DNA of 57,163 nucleotides from Burkholderiaceae bacterium (GTDB lineage Bacteria; Pseudomonadota; Gammaproteobacteria; Burkholderiales; Burkholderiaceae_B): NCBI GenBank assembly GCA_036834985.1, contig DAITMV010000002.1, positions 1 to 57,163 of the forward strand, read 5' to 3'. Shown piece by piece: positions 20,601 to 31,021 of this stretch (position 1 is its first letter; each line of letters starts with the position of its first letter). The notes under the pieces were generated by a model. It saw only the letters and a program-made list of their open reading frames with translations, ran no database searches and was not told where the DNA came from. The position numbers and the translations under genes were made by a program.

Positions 20601-20964
20601 AACGGGCTATCAGCGCAGCAAGATTCAAGACGAATCGATGCATTATGAAATGCTCAAACACACGGGCGAGTTACCCATTATCGGGGTCAATACATTCCGT
20701 AACCCGCAGGGCGATCCAACGCCTGAAACGCTGGAGCTGGCACGTTCAACCGACGATGAAAAGCAAAGTCAGTTGACCCGTCTGGCGCAGTTTCATCAGA
20801 CGCATGCAACGTCTGCTCCTGTGGTGTTGGCCCGTCTGAAGCAAACCGTGATTGACAACGGCAACGTATTTGCGGTGTTGATGGATGCGGTACGTGTCTG
20901 CTCGCTGGGTCAAATCACCGACGCTTTGTTTGAAGTAGGTGGGCAATACCGACGCAGTATGTGA
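17644..20964 (+). CDS. icmF: fused isobutyryl-CoA mutase IcmF (B12-binding + MeaB-like GTPase + mutase domains)
   Basis: 1106 aa. B12 motif [10 protein letters not shown]-loop GTGGAGKSS, and a C-terminal methylmalonyl-CoA-mutase-like barrel. Confidence 0.9.
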   Translation: MTDLSEAKQLANYRPAHKVRFVTAASLFDGHDASINIMRRILQSMGAEVVHLGHNRSVDEIVTAALQEDAQAIAISSYQGGHMEFFKYMVDQLRSRGGENIQVFGGGGGVIVPAEIRELQAYGVTRIYSPEDGQKLGLQGMIGEMLMRADQGVKHSTGGDLQAIIGHTDAAWRALACLISAAEAKTLEAGVLASIHQAAAVSTAPVLGITGTGGAGKSSLTDELIRRVRLDQNDSLRIAVISIDPSRRKSGGALLGDRIRMNAINPWAKRGADGAVADRGARVYMRSLATREAGSEISQALPDVIAVCKAAGFDLIIVETSGIGQGDAAIVPHVDTSLYVMTPEFGAASQLEKIDMLDFADFVAINKFDRKGSMDALRDVSKQVQRNKEAWTTPMDQMPVFGTQASRFNDDGVTALYQALRAHLAQLGLALGAGALPAVATRYSTAQNPIVPPARTRYLADIAETVRGYKGRVKKQSHLVREIQQLRESKRMLREAMPEKTKALEALEEQAEKREQQLEPMARQALQEWPEIVKAYSGTEHVTKVRENEIRTVLTYKSLSGTQLRKVALPTYEDQGELLKFLLLENLPGYFPYAAGVFPFKREGEDPTRMFAGEGDAFRTNRRFKLLSEGMPAKRLSTAFDSVTLYGHDPDPRPDVYGKVGNSGVSIATLDDMKVLYSGFDLCNPSTSVSMTINGPAPSILAMFMNTAIDQNMDKFREEKGREPTEQEAAQLRAWVLKNVRGTVQADILKEDQGQNTCIFSTEFSLKVMGDIQQYFVEHGVRNFYSVSISGYHIAEAGANPISQLAFTLSNGFTFVEAYLARGMNIDDFAPNLSFFFSNGMDPEYTVLGRVARRIWAVAMRERYGANDRSQKLKYHIQTSGRSLHAQEIQFNDIRTTLQALIAIYDNCNSLHTNAFDEAITTPTEESVRRAMAIQLIINREWGLAKNENPNQGAFIMDELTELVEEAVLAEFEKIAERGGVLGAMETGYQRSKIQDESMHYEMLKHTGELPIIGVNTFRNPQGDPTPETLELARSTDDEKQSQLTRLAQFHQTHATSAPVVLARLKQTVIDNGNVFAVLMDAVRVCSLGQITDALFEVGGQYRRSM

Positions 20965-21000
20965 TAGTACGGCTTGCTTGTTACCGATAAGGCAAGGTCC

Positions 21001-22227
21001 ATGGTTAAACATCTAAAGGCTGACGATCTGGTGGCTGCCGTGCAGTCACACAACACTGCGCGCGATCCGGTGCGGCTGGCGATGAAGTATCAAAAAATGG
21101 CAGATAACCCGTTTGTGTTTTTAAGGGGATGCTGCCATTTATATTACGACGCCCTACCGGATGATGTGATGGTGACTGAACCGCCTCTGGCCTGGAGTTG
21201 CGGGGATCTGCATTTTGAAAATTTCGGTAGCTATAAAGCAGATAACCGATTGGTGTACTTTGACATCAATGATTTTGATGAAGCGGCGCTGGCGCCTGCT
21301 ACCTGGGACCTGCTTCGCTTGTTGACGAGCCTTCACAGCGGTGCAGCGGTGTTGCGCTTAAGTGATGAGCAGGCCGGGCACCTGGCCGGCGCTTGCCTGT
21401 CTGCATATCAAGACGCCCTGCGCAATGGTAAGGCCTTGTGGGTAGAGCGCGAGACCTCCAGCGGATTGGTCAAGGATCTGTTTGACAGCGTGGCACAGCG
21501 TTCACGGGTCGAGTTTCTGGACAAGCGAACCGTGCTCAAGGACGGCCACCGTCGATTTAAAATCGATGGTGTCAAAGCCCTTGCTGCCAGCGCTGATCAG
21601 CGTTCGAACGTCGAGCAATTTATGGCGCAGTATGCTGCGACGCAGGCCGATCCGGATTTTTTCAGGGTAGTGGACGTGGCGTGTCGAATCGCTGGAACAG
21701 GCAGTCTGGGTGTTGACCGATATGCGGTGTTGGTACACGGCAAAGGGTCGCCGGATGGACAGTACCTGCTGGATATCAAACAAGCCAAACCTACTGCACT
21801 GGCGACGCATTTGCAGCATTTAAAAATCAAACAGCCGGAATTTAAAAGCCAGGCCGAACGGGTAGTCACGGTGCAGCACGCCATGCAGGCGGTGAATCAT
21901 GCGTTTTTACAGGCGGTAGAACTGAACAGCTCAGGCTATGTATTGCGAGGCCTGCAACCCACTGAAGACCGGGTAGCGATTGATGCCTGGGGCAAAAGAC
22001 TGGACCGACTGCAGGAGGTGGCCTGCACGATGGGACGCTTGTTGGCCTGGGGGCAGCTGCGTGCCTCGGGTCGCTATCACAGCGCGACAGCCGATGCACT
22101 CGTCAGTTATGCCGATGGTTTAAAAAGCCAGCAAACCCTACTTCGTTTGTCCGAAGCGATGGCGCAGCTAAATACACAGCAATGGCAGGTGTTTAAAGAG
22201 GCCTATGCAAAAGGAGCGTTCTCATAA
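21001..22227 (+). CDS. DUF2252 domain-containing protein
   Basis: NPFVFLRGCCHLYY...CGDLHFENFG...YFDINDFDEA pattern typical of DUF2252. Start set at ATG 21001. Confidence 0.6.
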   Translation: MVKHLKADDLVAAVQSHNTARDPVRLAMKYQKMADNPFVFLRGCCHLYYDALPDDVMVTEPPLAWSCGDLHFENFGSYKADNRLVYFDINDFDEAALAPATWDLLRLLTSLHSGAAVLRLSDEQAGHLAGACLSAYQDALRNGKALWVERETSSGLVKDLFDSVAQRSRVEFLDKRTVLKDGHRRFKIDGVKALAASADQRSNVEQFMAQYAATQADPDFFRVVDVACRIAGTGSLGVDRYAVLVHGKGSPDGQYLLDIKQAKPTALATHLQHLKIKQPEFKSQAERVVTVQHAMQAVNHAFLQAVELNSSGYVLRGLQPTEDRVAIDAWGKRLDRLQEVACTMGRLLAWGQLRASGRYHSATADALVSYADGLKSQQTLLRLSEAMAQLNTQQWQVFKEAYAKGAFS

Positions 22228-22241
22228 AACGCTCCGTCTGC

Positions 22242-23753
22242 TTACAGCGGGAATCCCAGCGATCGGGCCATCGGTAACAGTGCACCCAGCGGTGTGCTGC
22301 TGACGGCTGCAACGGCCGTACTTGCGCCGCCGACCGCGGGTACGGTGACCTGGCTCAAGGGTTTATCCAATGAGCTGTTGGCGGTTGGGCAGCCCAGGCC
22401 GAATGGACCGTTGGCGACGGTAAACGATGGTTTGTCTGTACGGGCGGGTGATGTGAAATCCAGCGCGTAAGCCAGGTTAAACGTATCGCTGGCAACACCA
22501 CGTGCACCCAAGGGATTTAATTTAAAGCGCCACTCCAGCAATTTGTGTATCGAGCTTGGGTCAAACGGAAACCGCGACACATTGGCCTTGGCGGCTTTGG
22601 GTCCTATTAACATGCAGGGAGTACGAAATCCCAACTTGCCATCGTTGCCCAGCGTTTGTTCGGCGGCTGAAATAACCCGGGTGGGCGGTGCAACGTGATC
22701 TGCAAAGCCACCCCACTCATCACATACAACCACCATCAATGTTTTATCCCATTGCGGGCTGTTGCGCAGCGCGTCGTAAATCTGGTTTAAGAACAACTGG
22801 CCATTCCTGACGTCTGCATGGGGATGATCGTCGTTGCTCAGGCCTTGATCTTCACCACCAAAGCGGGGATCGATCATGGAAAAGGACGGCAATTGTCCGG
22901 CCTTGGCCTCAACAAAAAATGACTCGATGGGTGCACTGATCTTCAGCAGCTTTTGTCCAAACAGGGCCGTGAACGGGATGTCACTAAAATAGTAACGGGC
23001 ACTGACATTTTTTTCCGCCAGCTTGTCCCAGATGGTGGGCAGCGTAATGGTCGCCATGGTGTTACTCAACCGATCTGTGGCACCGCAGTGCAGGTAAATC
23101 CGGTTGGGATAGGTTTCAGACAAAATACCACTGAAATAGTAGTCACAGATGGTGTAGTTCAGAACGGTTTGTCGATGAAAATCCAGATCTTGCGCGGTGT
23201 AGTAGCCGATCGGTAACAGGTCACCTTCTGTCTTATTGGTGTCGGCAGAGAGCAAAAAGCCATCCATCTTGCCGTTGTTCAGGTGTTTTCTACCCGATTC
23301 GTAGCTGTGATTCGGATCGGCAAAGCCGCAACCCTGGTAACCATATGCAGGGTTTTTTGACATCGCAAATGATGCCCTGGTTTTTCCGAAGGCGTCGGTA
23401 AAGCTGCGGTTTTCCTGCACGCCCTGAACGCCGGGTGCCCAGCCCAGGAAGTGGTCAAAGGAGCGGTTCTCCATGGTGACCAGAACGATGTGTTCAATCC
23501 CGCTGGCCTCCGGAGATGGCAGGGTGGGCAGAGGCAGCGCTGCGCGTTGCGCATAGGACATAAAGTTGCGGATACCGCTTGGGTTGTTATTGACGGCTGT
23601 CGGGTTTTCTTGTGGAGCGGTGGTTGTTCCGTTGTTGACGGAAGACGCTGGCGTGGCTGGGTCGCTGCTCGAGGAGCCATCAGAGCCACAGGCGCTGATC
23701 AGTGAGCCCACGGTACTGGCCGTTGCCAGGGACAAGAACGTTCTGCGTTGCAT
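22242..23753 (-). CDS. phosphoesterase family protein (phospholipase C / AcpA acid phosphatase-like), Tat/lipoprotein signal
   Basis: MQRRTFLSLATASTVGSLISAC (twin-Arg plus lipobox), then IEHIVLVTMENRSFDHFLG and NDDHPH motifs. Confidence 0.8.
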   Translation of the reverse strand: MQRRTFLSLATASTVGSLISACGSDGSSSSDPATPASSVNNGTTTAPQENPTAVNNNPSGIRNFMSYAQRAALPLPTLPSPEASGIEHIVLVTMENRSFDHFLGWAPGVQGVQENRSFTDAFGKTRASFAMSKNPAYGYQGCGFADPNHSYESGRKHLNNGKMDGFLLSADTNKTEGDLLPIGYYTAQDLDFHRQTVLNYTICDYYFSGILSETYPNRIYLHCGATDRLSNTMATITLPTIWDKLAEKNVSARYYFSDIPFTALFGQKLLKISAPIESFFVEAKAGQLPSFSMIDPRFGGEDQGLSNDDHPHADVRNGQLFLNQIYDALRNSPQWDKTLMVVVCDEWGGFADHVAPPTRVISAAEQTLGNDGKLGFRTPCMLIGPKAAKANVSRFPFDPSSIHKLLEWRFKLNPLGARGVASDTFNLAYALDFTSPARTDKPSFTVANGPFGLGCPTANSSLDKPLSQVTVPAVGGASTAVAAVSSTPLGALLPMARSLGFPL

Positions 23754-23777
23754 GGTAAGTACTGCCTGTAAACAATG

Positions 23778-25139
23778 TTAGTGTGGAATGACTGGATTGG
23801 TGAACACGTCCAAGCCAAAGGTCTTTAAGCTGGACGAGTTGGCAAAGCCAAGGTAGGGCACTCCAAATCCGTTTTCGACGCTACGCAGCAAGGCGTAGTG
23901 GTTGTAAGGGGTTGTGCTTACGGTGCCGGGTTTGATAAAGGGCGACAGGAACACAGCACCTGTCCGTCCGCCGCCCTGACCGATGATGCCCGGCAAGGGG
24001 GCGTCGACAGAAACGTCTGTCGGACCGTTACAGCATGCACCAGCCTTGTCTTGCAAGCCGCTGGCGCTAAGCAGTGAGGCCGATGGAGTGGCTGTCAGAT
24101 CGGCTTCGTCAAAGATGATCATCAGCAGGCCATCTTGACGGAAGGCATCTGAGGCTGTGATGCGAGGAACCCAGGTTTTCAGAAAGTCATTGATCGACGT
24201 CAAACCACCTGGTGCGCCGTCTTTACAGGGGGCATCGTGGCCGTCGTTGCACAGATTGGGAACAATCAGGTTGTAGCGTGCCGTGGTGTTCACGGTGCTT
24301 AAGTCCCGCTGTAGCGCATTCAGCTCAACCACATTGGTGTCGCAACTGGCATCGTCAATAATCGAATGAAAATAGGCAAATGGGTTGTGACGGGTTGCGT
24401 ATTGATCCGTTGCCGTCGCTGATTGGGTACCGTCTTGTTTGTTGATGGCAAGACGTCCACAGGTTGCAGGTTCACGGGCCGGGTTTTTACCCATGTCTTG
24501 CATGTAGCCCTTCCAGCTGATTTTTTTCTCCGACAATTGATTAGGCAGTGTTTTTACGAACGATGGATAAACACAGCCAGTTCCGATCGCCTGTCCGTTG
24601 GGCCCTACTGCGCCTGAGTTACCAATAAAATCGGTATACACCGGGCAATCGGCCTGCGTTTGGGGGTTAGGCCCCTGACCGCTGATCAGCGCCAGATAAT
24701 TCGGATTGCTGTTGTGCGCCACACCGTAGTAATTGGTCAGCATGGCACCCTGCGCCACCAGATCTTTGGCCAGGTAAGGCGCTGCGGAGTTGGCACCGAA
24801 GGTGGCCGCGTAGTCCTTGTTTTCCAGCACAATCACAAACACGTGTCCGACGTTTTTCATCGGCTCGGCTGTGTTGAAGGGTACGACAGTTGGGGTCGTC
24901 GTGCTGGTTGTGTTACTGCTGGTGTTGCCCGCAGTGGTTGTGCTGGCGGGGTTGGTGTCAGCAGCGCTTACGGTTGAGGCAGAATTGCTGCTGCCAGGTG
25001 TTGTGCTTGTAGTACTGCTCGCATCGCTGCCGTTACTGCCGCAGGCCATCAACATCGAGGTTGCAACAGAAAGCAGGCCGTAAGTCAACAGCCGGGTGGC
25101 TGAACGGGGTGCGAGGGTCAATAATTTAGAGTCATTCAT
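23778..25139 (-). CDS. phosphoesterase family protein (AcpA-like acid phosphatase), lipoprotein
   Basis: Start moved to ATG 25139 (MNDSKLLTL...SMLMAC lipobox). VFVIVLENKDYAATFG motif. Long Ser/Thr-rich linker after the lipobox. Confidence 0.75.
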   Translation of the reverse strand: MNDSKLLTLAPRSATRLLTYGLLSVATSMLMACGSNGSDASSTTSTTPGSSNSASTVSAADTNPASTTTAGNTSSNTTSTTTPTVVPFNTAEPMKNVGHVFVIVLENKDYAATFGANSAAPYLAKDLVAQGAMLTNYYGVAHNSNPNYLALISGQGPNPQTQADCPVYTDFIGNSGAVGPNGQAIGTGCVYPSFVKTLPNQLSEKKISWKGYMQDMGKNPAREPATCGRLAINKQDGTQSATATDQYATRHNPFAYFHSIIDDASCDTNVVELNALQRDLSTVNTTARYNLIVPNLCNDGHDAPCKDGAPGGLTSINDFLKTWVPRITASDAFRQDGLLMIIFDEADLTATPSASLLSASGLQDKAGACCNGPTDVSVDAPLPGIIGQGGGRTGAVFLSPFIKPGTVSTTPYNHYALLRSVENGFGVPYLGFANSSSLKTFGLDVFTNPVIPH

Positions 25140-25232
25140 CGGTTTCACAAAGGCATTTACTTCAACACTTGTAATACCGATCAATGGCTTAGAACAGTTG
25201 TAAGGACTTGTTGCGAGATCATGAATATTTTG

Positions 25233-25259
25233 TGACAAGGCCGCGACCGGGCCTTGTCA
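25233..25259 (-). terminator. 10-bp perfect-stem hairpin downstream of the TPR gene (no clear U-tract)
   Basis: TGACAAGGCC-gcgaccg-GGCCTTGTCA lies immediately after the stop at 25262. It also argues against the long 25238 start for the next gene. Confidence 0.45.
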
Positions 25260-25261
25260 TA

Positions 25262-26140
25262 TCAGCTCCAGTCGTCGTTGGAATCGCTGTTGTCATCCCA
25301 TGAGTTGTCGTCGGTTACGCCGAAATCCTCGCCGCCCATGGAGTAGTTGTCGTTGGCAGGTGTGCTCACGGTTGGGTAGACAGGTTGTGCAGGTTCCAGG
25401 AACGTATCTCGATGAGCGCTACCCCCATCAAACACCCGGTGCATCAAGGCCTCACCTGCCACCATACCGGCCCCTACAGCGGCGCCTGTGGCCAATCCAC
25501 CCAGCAGTGTTGAACCCATCCCTCCCGAAGTGCTTGCGGGCGCTTGTGGCCCCATTGGAGCGGTTTGAAAGGGTGGCTGAACGGTGTTGCTCGACGCTTG
25601 GCCATACACGACCCCACCCGTGTACGGTGTAGTTGCCGTCGCGGCTCGGGTACGTGTTTTCAAGAAAGCAAAGACTGCCAGCAAAAAGGCGGCACCCGCC
25701 AGCAGAAGGCCCCAAGGCGTGTGGGAGGCGGAGTCTGCATAGGTTTGCTGCACAGGCAGCGTGCCCATGTGGGTCGTCTGCAGCCCATAGGATGCGGTGC
25801 CATTCAGTTGGTCTTTGAGTGACTGCAGCGCCCCGGGTTTGGCAAACCCCAGCGATGCGTCGAGTTGTTCCGCCTTGTTCAACTCGTTGCGAGCCTGGGT
25901 CAGCTTATGTTCTTTGGCGAGTAACTCGGCTTCGACAAAGTGTGCCTTGGCGCTGTTTGGATGGGCCTTGAGCACTTGGTTCATCATGGCATCGGCCTGA
26001 TCAAAATGCCCTGTCTCGGCGGCCTGATACACCTCGTGCAACGTGGGTTCGGCCGCCCATGCGCCTGTACCCCATACGGTACTCAATACGACAGCGCTGG
26101 CAAAGCCTGCCAGCTGTGCAATACGAATGGATCGTTTCAT
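25262..26140 (-). CDS. TPR-like single-pass membrane protein with Gly-rich and acidic C-terminal tail
   Basis: Signal peptide and TPR-like helices (HPNSAKAHFVEAELLAKEHKLTQA). One TM (WGLLLAGAAFLLAVFAFL), a G/A-rich stretch, and a DDNSWDDNSDSNDDWS tail. Confidence 0.5.
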   Translation of the reverse strand: MKRSIRIAQLAGFASAVVLSTVWGTGAWAAEPTLHEVYQAAETGHFDQADAMMNQVLKAHPNSAKAHFVEAELLAKEHKLTQARNELNKAEQLDASLGFAKPGALQSLKDQLNGTASYGLQTTHMGTLPVQQTYADSASHTPWGLLLAGAAFLLAVFAFLKTRTRAATATTPYTGGVVYGQASSNTVQPPFQTAPMGPQAPASTSGGMGSTLLGGLATGAAVGAGMVAGEALMHRVFDGGSAHRDTFLEPAQPVYPTVSTPANDNYSMGGEDFGVTDDNSWDDNSDSNDDWS

Positions 26141-26210
26141 ACACGGACTCCTCGATTAAGTATGCAAATGACTTAACGTGCAGTAAGACGTCCGTGTTGA
26201 CGGCTTGGTT

Positions 26211-27080
26211 TCAATTTCTTTGTAAGAAAGTTTCCAGCGCCTGGGCGACTGCCTGCGGATTGTCGTGTTGCAGGTTGTGGCCTACATCGTGGATGGTCAG
26301 CCGGGAGATGTTGGAAAAACAATCCAGACAGCGTTGGTATTCCTCTGCGTCGTCGCTAAAACGCATGTTCACAAAACCGAATTCGGAGATGATCATCAAT
26401 ACCGGTGCCTTGATGGCGCGCCAAATCGCTTTGGTGTCGTCCAGGTGGTAGACATGTGGCGAAGGTACTTTGTGCCAGGGGTCGCAGGCCATCTCGACCC
26501 GCCCGTCCGGCAAGGTTCGACTGGCGGTACGGGCCAAGACCTCTGCGCGCTCAGGCGTCAGACGAGCATTGACCGACATTAATCGTTTGGCCAGTGCCTC
26601 GCAATCAGGGTAGCTGCGCAGTGTGGGGGCCGGATTGATATTGTTGAGCCATTTGCTGATCTGCTTGGGCGAATCCATGTCCGGGTCGGGTTTGAGGCCT
26701 AGAAAATCCATCATCACGATCTGGCTGACACGTTCGGGCCTGACCGCTGCATACACACTGCTGATACCACCCCCCATGCTGTGGCCAACCAGCTTGACGG
26801 GCTCATTGGGTGAGTAGTGATTCAGGATCTCGTGCAAATCGGCATAGTAATCAGGGAACCAATAGGGCCGGTTGAGCCATTCGGATTGCCCAAAGCCGCG
26901 CCAGTCAGGTGCGATGACATGCCACGATTGCTGCAGGGCATCGACTACAAACTGGAAAGTAGGCGAGGAATCCATCCATCCGTGTAAAAAAAATACGGTG
27001 GGAGCATCGTCAGGCCCCCAGTGCCGGATGTGATAACGCAGTCCACGAATGGCTAAAAATTCGCTGCGGGATGGTTTCAT
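26211..27080 (-). CDS. alpha/beta hydrolase
   Basis: FFLHGWMDS oxyanion region and GHSMGG nucleophile elbow. Confidence 0.8.
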   Translation of the reverse strand: MKPSRSEFLAIRGLRYHIRHWGPDDAPTVFFLHGWMDSSPTFQFVVDALQQSWHVIAPDWRGFGQSEWLNRPYWFPDYYADLHEILNHYSPNEPVKLVGHSMGGGISSVYAAVRPERVSQIVMMDFLGLKPDPDMDSPKQISKWLNNINPAPTLRSYPDCEALAKRLMSVNARLTPERAEVLARTASRTLPDGRVEMACDPWHKVPSPHVYHLDDTKAIWRAIKAPVLMIISEFGFVNMRFSDDAEEYQRCLDCFSNISRLTIHDVGHNLQHDNPQAVAQALETFLQRN

Positions 27081-27117
27081 TCAATCGCTCTATCGATTGG
27101 ACTCTAATCGAATCCGT

Positions 27118-28779
27118 TTATTTAAAAAGTACCAGCGCTTTTTCAAGGGTGATCCACGCGCCCCATAACAACGGTATGCCTACAGCCGCCCAGGCCAGCG
27201 CGACAGTAACCGGCGAGGTGGTCGAATCGGTCACGCGACCGGTTTTCGAGACCTCAACGATCTGCGCACGCTCGTGGGCGAGTTTTTTCTCATGTGCCAG
27301 CTCGGCCTCGCTCATGAACCACTTGCTGGCCACGGGCTTGATCAAGCCATTGCACAGAAAGCCCAAGGCCAACAGGCCCGCCAGAATATACATGGTGATG
27401 TTATAGGCGTCAGCTTTGGCCACCCCATGCGCCAACTGGTACTCACGAATGTAGTTCACAAGGACCGGGCCGATGATGCCTGCCGTGGCCCATGCGGTGA
27501 GCAAACGGCCGTGAATGGCACCGACCATTTGAGTGCCGAACAGATCGGCAAGATACGCAGGTGCCGTCGCAAAACCGCCGCCATACATCGACAAAATGAT
27601 GCAGAACGCGGCGACAAACAGGCCAAGTTGACCCGTCTGGCTCAAGGTGGGGATGGCCGCATACAAGGCAAAGCCCAGTATGAAAAATGTGTAGTAAGTG
27701 GTCTTGCGGCCCAGTTTGTCCGAGACGCTGGCCCACATAAATCGCCCTCCGATGTTGAACAAACTCAACAGGCCCGTAAAGCCAGCTGCGATGGCCGCGA
27801 TGGCTTTTTTCTGATCGGGCGTTAGGTCGTTAAAGGCCGCAGTCACGCCGATCAGTTGGCCGGCAAATACCTCCTGCAACAGGGGTGAGGCCATACCAAT
27901 GATGCCAATACCGGCCGACACATTCAGGCAAAGCACACCCCACAGCAACCAAAATTGCGGGATGCCCCACACACGGTTCACATGCACATGGCCCTGCGTA
28001 ATCATGGTGTTTGACGGGCCGGTTGCAGGAGGCATCCAACCCTCTGGCTTCCATCCAGAAGGAGGTACACGGTAACCGAGTGCGCCAGCGGTCATGAACA
28101 CCAAATACACCAACGCCATGACAACAAAAGTTTCCCAAACGCCGACCGAGCTTGGCGTGGCAAAGTATTTCATCAGACGGTCCGCCAGTGGTGCCCCAAT
28201 CATTGCGCCACCGCCAAAGCCCATGATGGCCATCCCCGTGGCCATGCCACGCCGATCAGGAAACCATTTGATCAGCGTGGAGACTGGTGAAATATAGCCC
28301 AGCCCCAAACCAATGCCACCAATCACACCAGACCCCAGCCACATGATCCACAGCTGGTGGTGATAAATGCCGAACGCCGACACCAGCAAGCCGCCGCACC
28401 AGCATACCGCCGAGACCAAACCCGCCTTGCGTGGGCCTGCATGCTCGAGCCAACTTCCCCAGATTGATGCTGATGAACCCAAAATTACAAAAAACAGTGT
28501 GTACATCCAACCCAGCGAGGAAATTTTCCAGTCGCATTGGCGGGTGAACAACTCCTGAATCAAGGTCAGTTGCGCATCGCAGCTCACGGATTCCTTAATG
28601 CCCAACGCACGCGATAACGGTAACCAGAACACCGAGAAGCCATAGGCCATGCCGATGCACAAATGAATCGCCAGGGCGGCGGGTGGTACCAGCCATCGAT
28701 TGAATCCGGGGCCGCCGATGGTACGTTCCTTGTCCAGCCATCCGCTGGATGTGGTGGGTGCGCTGTGTGATGCGCTCAT
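27118..28779 (-). CDS. MFS transporter, oxalate/formate antiporter (OFA) family
   Basis: 553 aa, about 12 TM. The N-terminal FNRWLVPPAALAIHLCIGMAYGFSVFWLPL is typical of the OFA-type MFS. Confidence 0.75.
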   Translation of the reverse strand: MSASHSAPTTSSGWLDKERTIGGPGFNRWLVPPAALAIHLCIGMAYGFSVFWLPLSRALGIKESVSCDAQLTLIQELFTRQCDWKISSLGWMYTLFFVILGSSASIWGSWLEHAGPRKAGLVSAVCWCGGLLVSAFGIYHHQLWIMWLGSGVIGGIGLGLGYISPVSTLIKWFPDRRGMATGMAIMGFGGGAMIGAPLADRLMKYFATPSSVGVWETFVVMALVYLVFMTAGALGYRVPPSGWKPEGWMPPATGPSNTMITQGHVHVNRVWGIPQFWLLWGVLCLNVSAGIGIIGMASPLLQEVFAGQLIGVTAAFNDLTPDQKKAIAAIAAGFTGLLSLFNIGGRFMWASVSDKLGRKTTYYTFFILGFALYAAIPTLSQTGQLGLFVAAFCIILSMYGGGFATAPAYLADLFGTQMVGAIHGRLLTAWATAGIIGPVLVNYIREYQLAHGVAKADAYNITMYILAGLLALGFLCNGLIKPVASKWFMSEAELAHEKKLAHERAQIVEVSKTGRVTDSTTSPVTVALAWAAVGIPLLWGAWITLEKALVLFK

Positions 28780-28833
28780 GGCGTTGTCCTGTTCTGTGTC
28801 AGTGGAGTCGTCATACGCGGTGTCATGACAGCG

Positions 28834-29784
28834 TTAATGTGCAGCGTGCATCGTCAGATACTCGCCGTCCCAGGCCACATCCCCTTGTTTGACCAGTTCA
28901 TCTGCCAGCCGGTCCATGAAGGCCAGGTTATCCAGCCCCGAGGGGTAACGACTTTGGACATCCTGAAAAATCTGCATCGCTGATAAGGTGTTGCGCCAGG
29001 TGGGCCAGTGCATGCGTTGGTGTTGCAATAACAAAAACTTGATCATCACCCGCGATGCAACGTGGGCGTGGCGGTCAGGTTGCTTGATAAAGAAATCAAT
29101 CCGGCTAAATGCCCTATCCAGTGCCTCGTTGACGTTTGAAAAGGGCCGACCATGACCGGGAATCACAACCCTCGGCTGCAAGGCGGCGATCATCTCCAAC
29201 ACCGCACGCTGGTGCTTAAAAGCCAGACCCGCCGTGTTGCGGGTGTCAAAGTCTTCGAGCATCAAACCAAAGCCGTTTTCCCACAAGGCATCTGCCGATA
29301 TCAGGATGCGTTCATCGGGGGCAAATAAGACGACGCTGTCGTCGTCGTGCCCGGGGGTGTACAGCACTTGCCATGCCATATCACCGAACTCAACCACCTG
29401 CCCCGGGTGCATCACCGCATCGTATTTGAATCGGGGACATTCTTGACCCGTGTATTGATAGGTCAATTCGCCGTCGTTCCAGCGATCTATCTTGGGGGCT
29501 GCCAACGCAGAAATCGTGGTTTGAACATGGGGGTACACGGCCTGCAAGCTGGCATTGCCACCGCAATGATCTGAATGCAGATGCGTGTTGATGATTTGGT
29601 CGAGCGGCCGTTTCCCAAGAACCGTCTGTAGCAAAGCCAGTGTTTGATTCTGATGGGTATGGTAGCTGGTATCTACCACTGTGGCGTGTTTGCCGAGCGC
29701 CAAAATATTATTGGACGATAACCAGCCGCGCTCAAACACATGAAGCGTATCGGGCAGTGTGACCTGGGTAGCGGGTTGGGTCAT
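28834..29784 (-). CDS. MBL-fold metallo-hydrolase
   Basis: NTHLHSDHCGGN metal-binding motif. Confidence 0.8.
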   Translation of the reverse strand: MTQPATQVTLPDTLHVFERGWLSSNNILALGKHATVVDTSYHTHQNQTLALLQTVLGKRPLDQIINTHLHSDHCGGNASLQAVYPHVQTTISALAAPKIDRWNDGELTYQYTGQECPRFKYDAVMHPGQVVEFGDMAWQVLYTPGHDDDSVVLFAPDERILISADALWENGFGLMLEDFDTRNTAGLAFKHQRAVLEMIAALQPRVVIPGHGRPFSNVNEALDRAFSRIDFFIKQPDRHAHVASRVMIKFLLLQHQRMHWPTWRNTLSAMQIFQDVQSRYPSGLDNLAFMDRLADELVKQGDVAWDGEYLTMHAAH

Positions 29785-30026
29785 GCGGATCCTGGGTACG
29801 GTTGCCCGGCGTGGGCACTGCGCAGATGAATGGCCTGCCAGACCGATTGTTTATACGTATCACTGGCGGTTGCCCAGGCCATGATCTCATCCATGGTTCT
29901 ATAACAGCCGGTGCACACGCCATGCGAACGGATGGCACGCAATCTGTCGGGCTCAAAGCCACACTGTTGCGCTAGGTCAAAAGACATTTGGCAAATCGAA
30001 ATACAAGGTGAAGGCACTGCGCTCAT
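29781..30026 (-). CDS. DUF1289 domain-containing protein
   Basis: SPCISICQM...CTGCYRTMDEIMAWA Cys pattern of DUF1289. 4-nt overlap with the downstream MBL gene. Confidence 0.75.
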   Translation of the reverse strand: MSAVPSPCISICQMSFDLAQQCGFEPDRLRAIRSHGVCTGCYRTMDEIMAWATASDTYKQSVWQAIHLRSAHAGQPYPGSA

Positions 30027-30076
30027 CGATCAACAACTTTCTTTGCGACGGTCATATAGAGGGTATCAAGACCTAT

Positions 30077-31006
30077 TTATTGCAAGCACCTGGCAATGGC
30101 ACTCCCGGCCTTACTTGCTGACGGGCGACCCAGTTGACCCGATATCCAGTCCCCGGTGATGGCCAACTGCTCCAGATTCAAACCGGTTCGCATACCCACT
30201 CCATGCAGAAGGTACACCACGTCTTCGGTGGCCACATTTCCGGTGGCACCTTTGGCGTAGGGGCATCCACCCAGACCGGCGATCGAGCTGTGGAAGGTAC
30301 GCACGTCCGCCTCGAGACTGGCAAAAATATTGGTGACAGCCTGTCCATAGGTGTCATGAAAGTGCCCCGCAACATCTTCTATCGGAAACACCTGAGCCAC
30401 CGCCTGCATCAGCGACTTCACCTGACGTGCGGTGCCCACCCCGATGGTGTCGGCAATATCAATTTCATCCACCCCCAGGGCTTGCATGGCTTGTACAACC
30501 TTTAATACATCGGCGGTGCTGACCGCGCCCTGATACGGACATCCCAAGCAACAGGATATGCTACCGCGCAAACGTAACTGATGGGCCTTGGCCAGGTCCG
30601 CAACAACCTTAAACCGCGCAATGGACTCATCGATCGAGCAGTTGATGTTTTTCTGTGCAAAGGCTTCTGAGGCGGACCCGAAAATCACCACCTCGTGAGC
30701 ACCCGCCTGTATCGCTGCAAGCATGCCTTTTTCGTTAGGCACCAGCGCAGACAGGATGACATCGCTATGCGGATAAAGTCGCCCGGCGTTTCGTGTCCTG
30801 ACAGTGCTGATCACATCATGGGCATCGGCCATTTGCGGAACCCATTTAGGCGACACAAACGCAGAGGCTTCGATATGGATGACGCCGGAATTTAACAGGC
30901 GTTCAATCAGTTCAACCTTGGTGGCGGTCGGGATGAGCGTGGCCTCATTTTGCAAACCATCACGGGGGCCCACCTCCACCATTTTTACGAATTCACCGTT
31001 CATCAT
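30077..31006 (-). CDS. hydroxymethylglutaryl-CoA lyase
   Basis: VEVGPRDGLQNE active-site motif and a TIM-barrel HMGL-like sequence ending with the GGCPYA motif. Confidence 0.9.
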   Translation of the reverse strand: MMNGEFVKMVEVGPRDGLQNEATLIPTATKVELIERLLNSGVIHIEASAFVSPKWVPQMADAHDVISTVRTRNAGRLYPHSDVILSALVPNEKGMLAAIQAGAHEVVIFGSASEAFAQKNINCSIDESIARFKVVADLAKAHQLRLRGSISCCLGCPYQGAVSTADVLKVVQAMQALGVDEIDIADTIGVGTARQVKSLMQAVAQVFPIEDVAGHFHDTYGQAVTNIFASLEADVRTFHSSIAGLGGCPYAKGATGNVATEDVVYLLHGVGMRTGLNLEQLAITGDWISGQLGRPSASKAGSAIARCLQ

Positions 31007-31021
31007 AGGGATGTCTCCATC

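Noticed and set aside
25233-25259. Inverted repeat considered as a Pho box or operator for the second phosphoesterase gene
   Set aside because: It does not match CTGTCAT-N4-CTGTCAT. Its position right after the TPR gene stop fits a transcript-end hairpin better.
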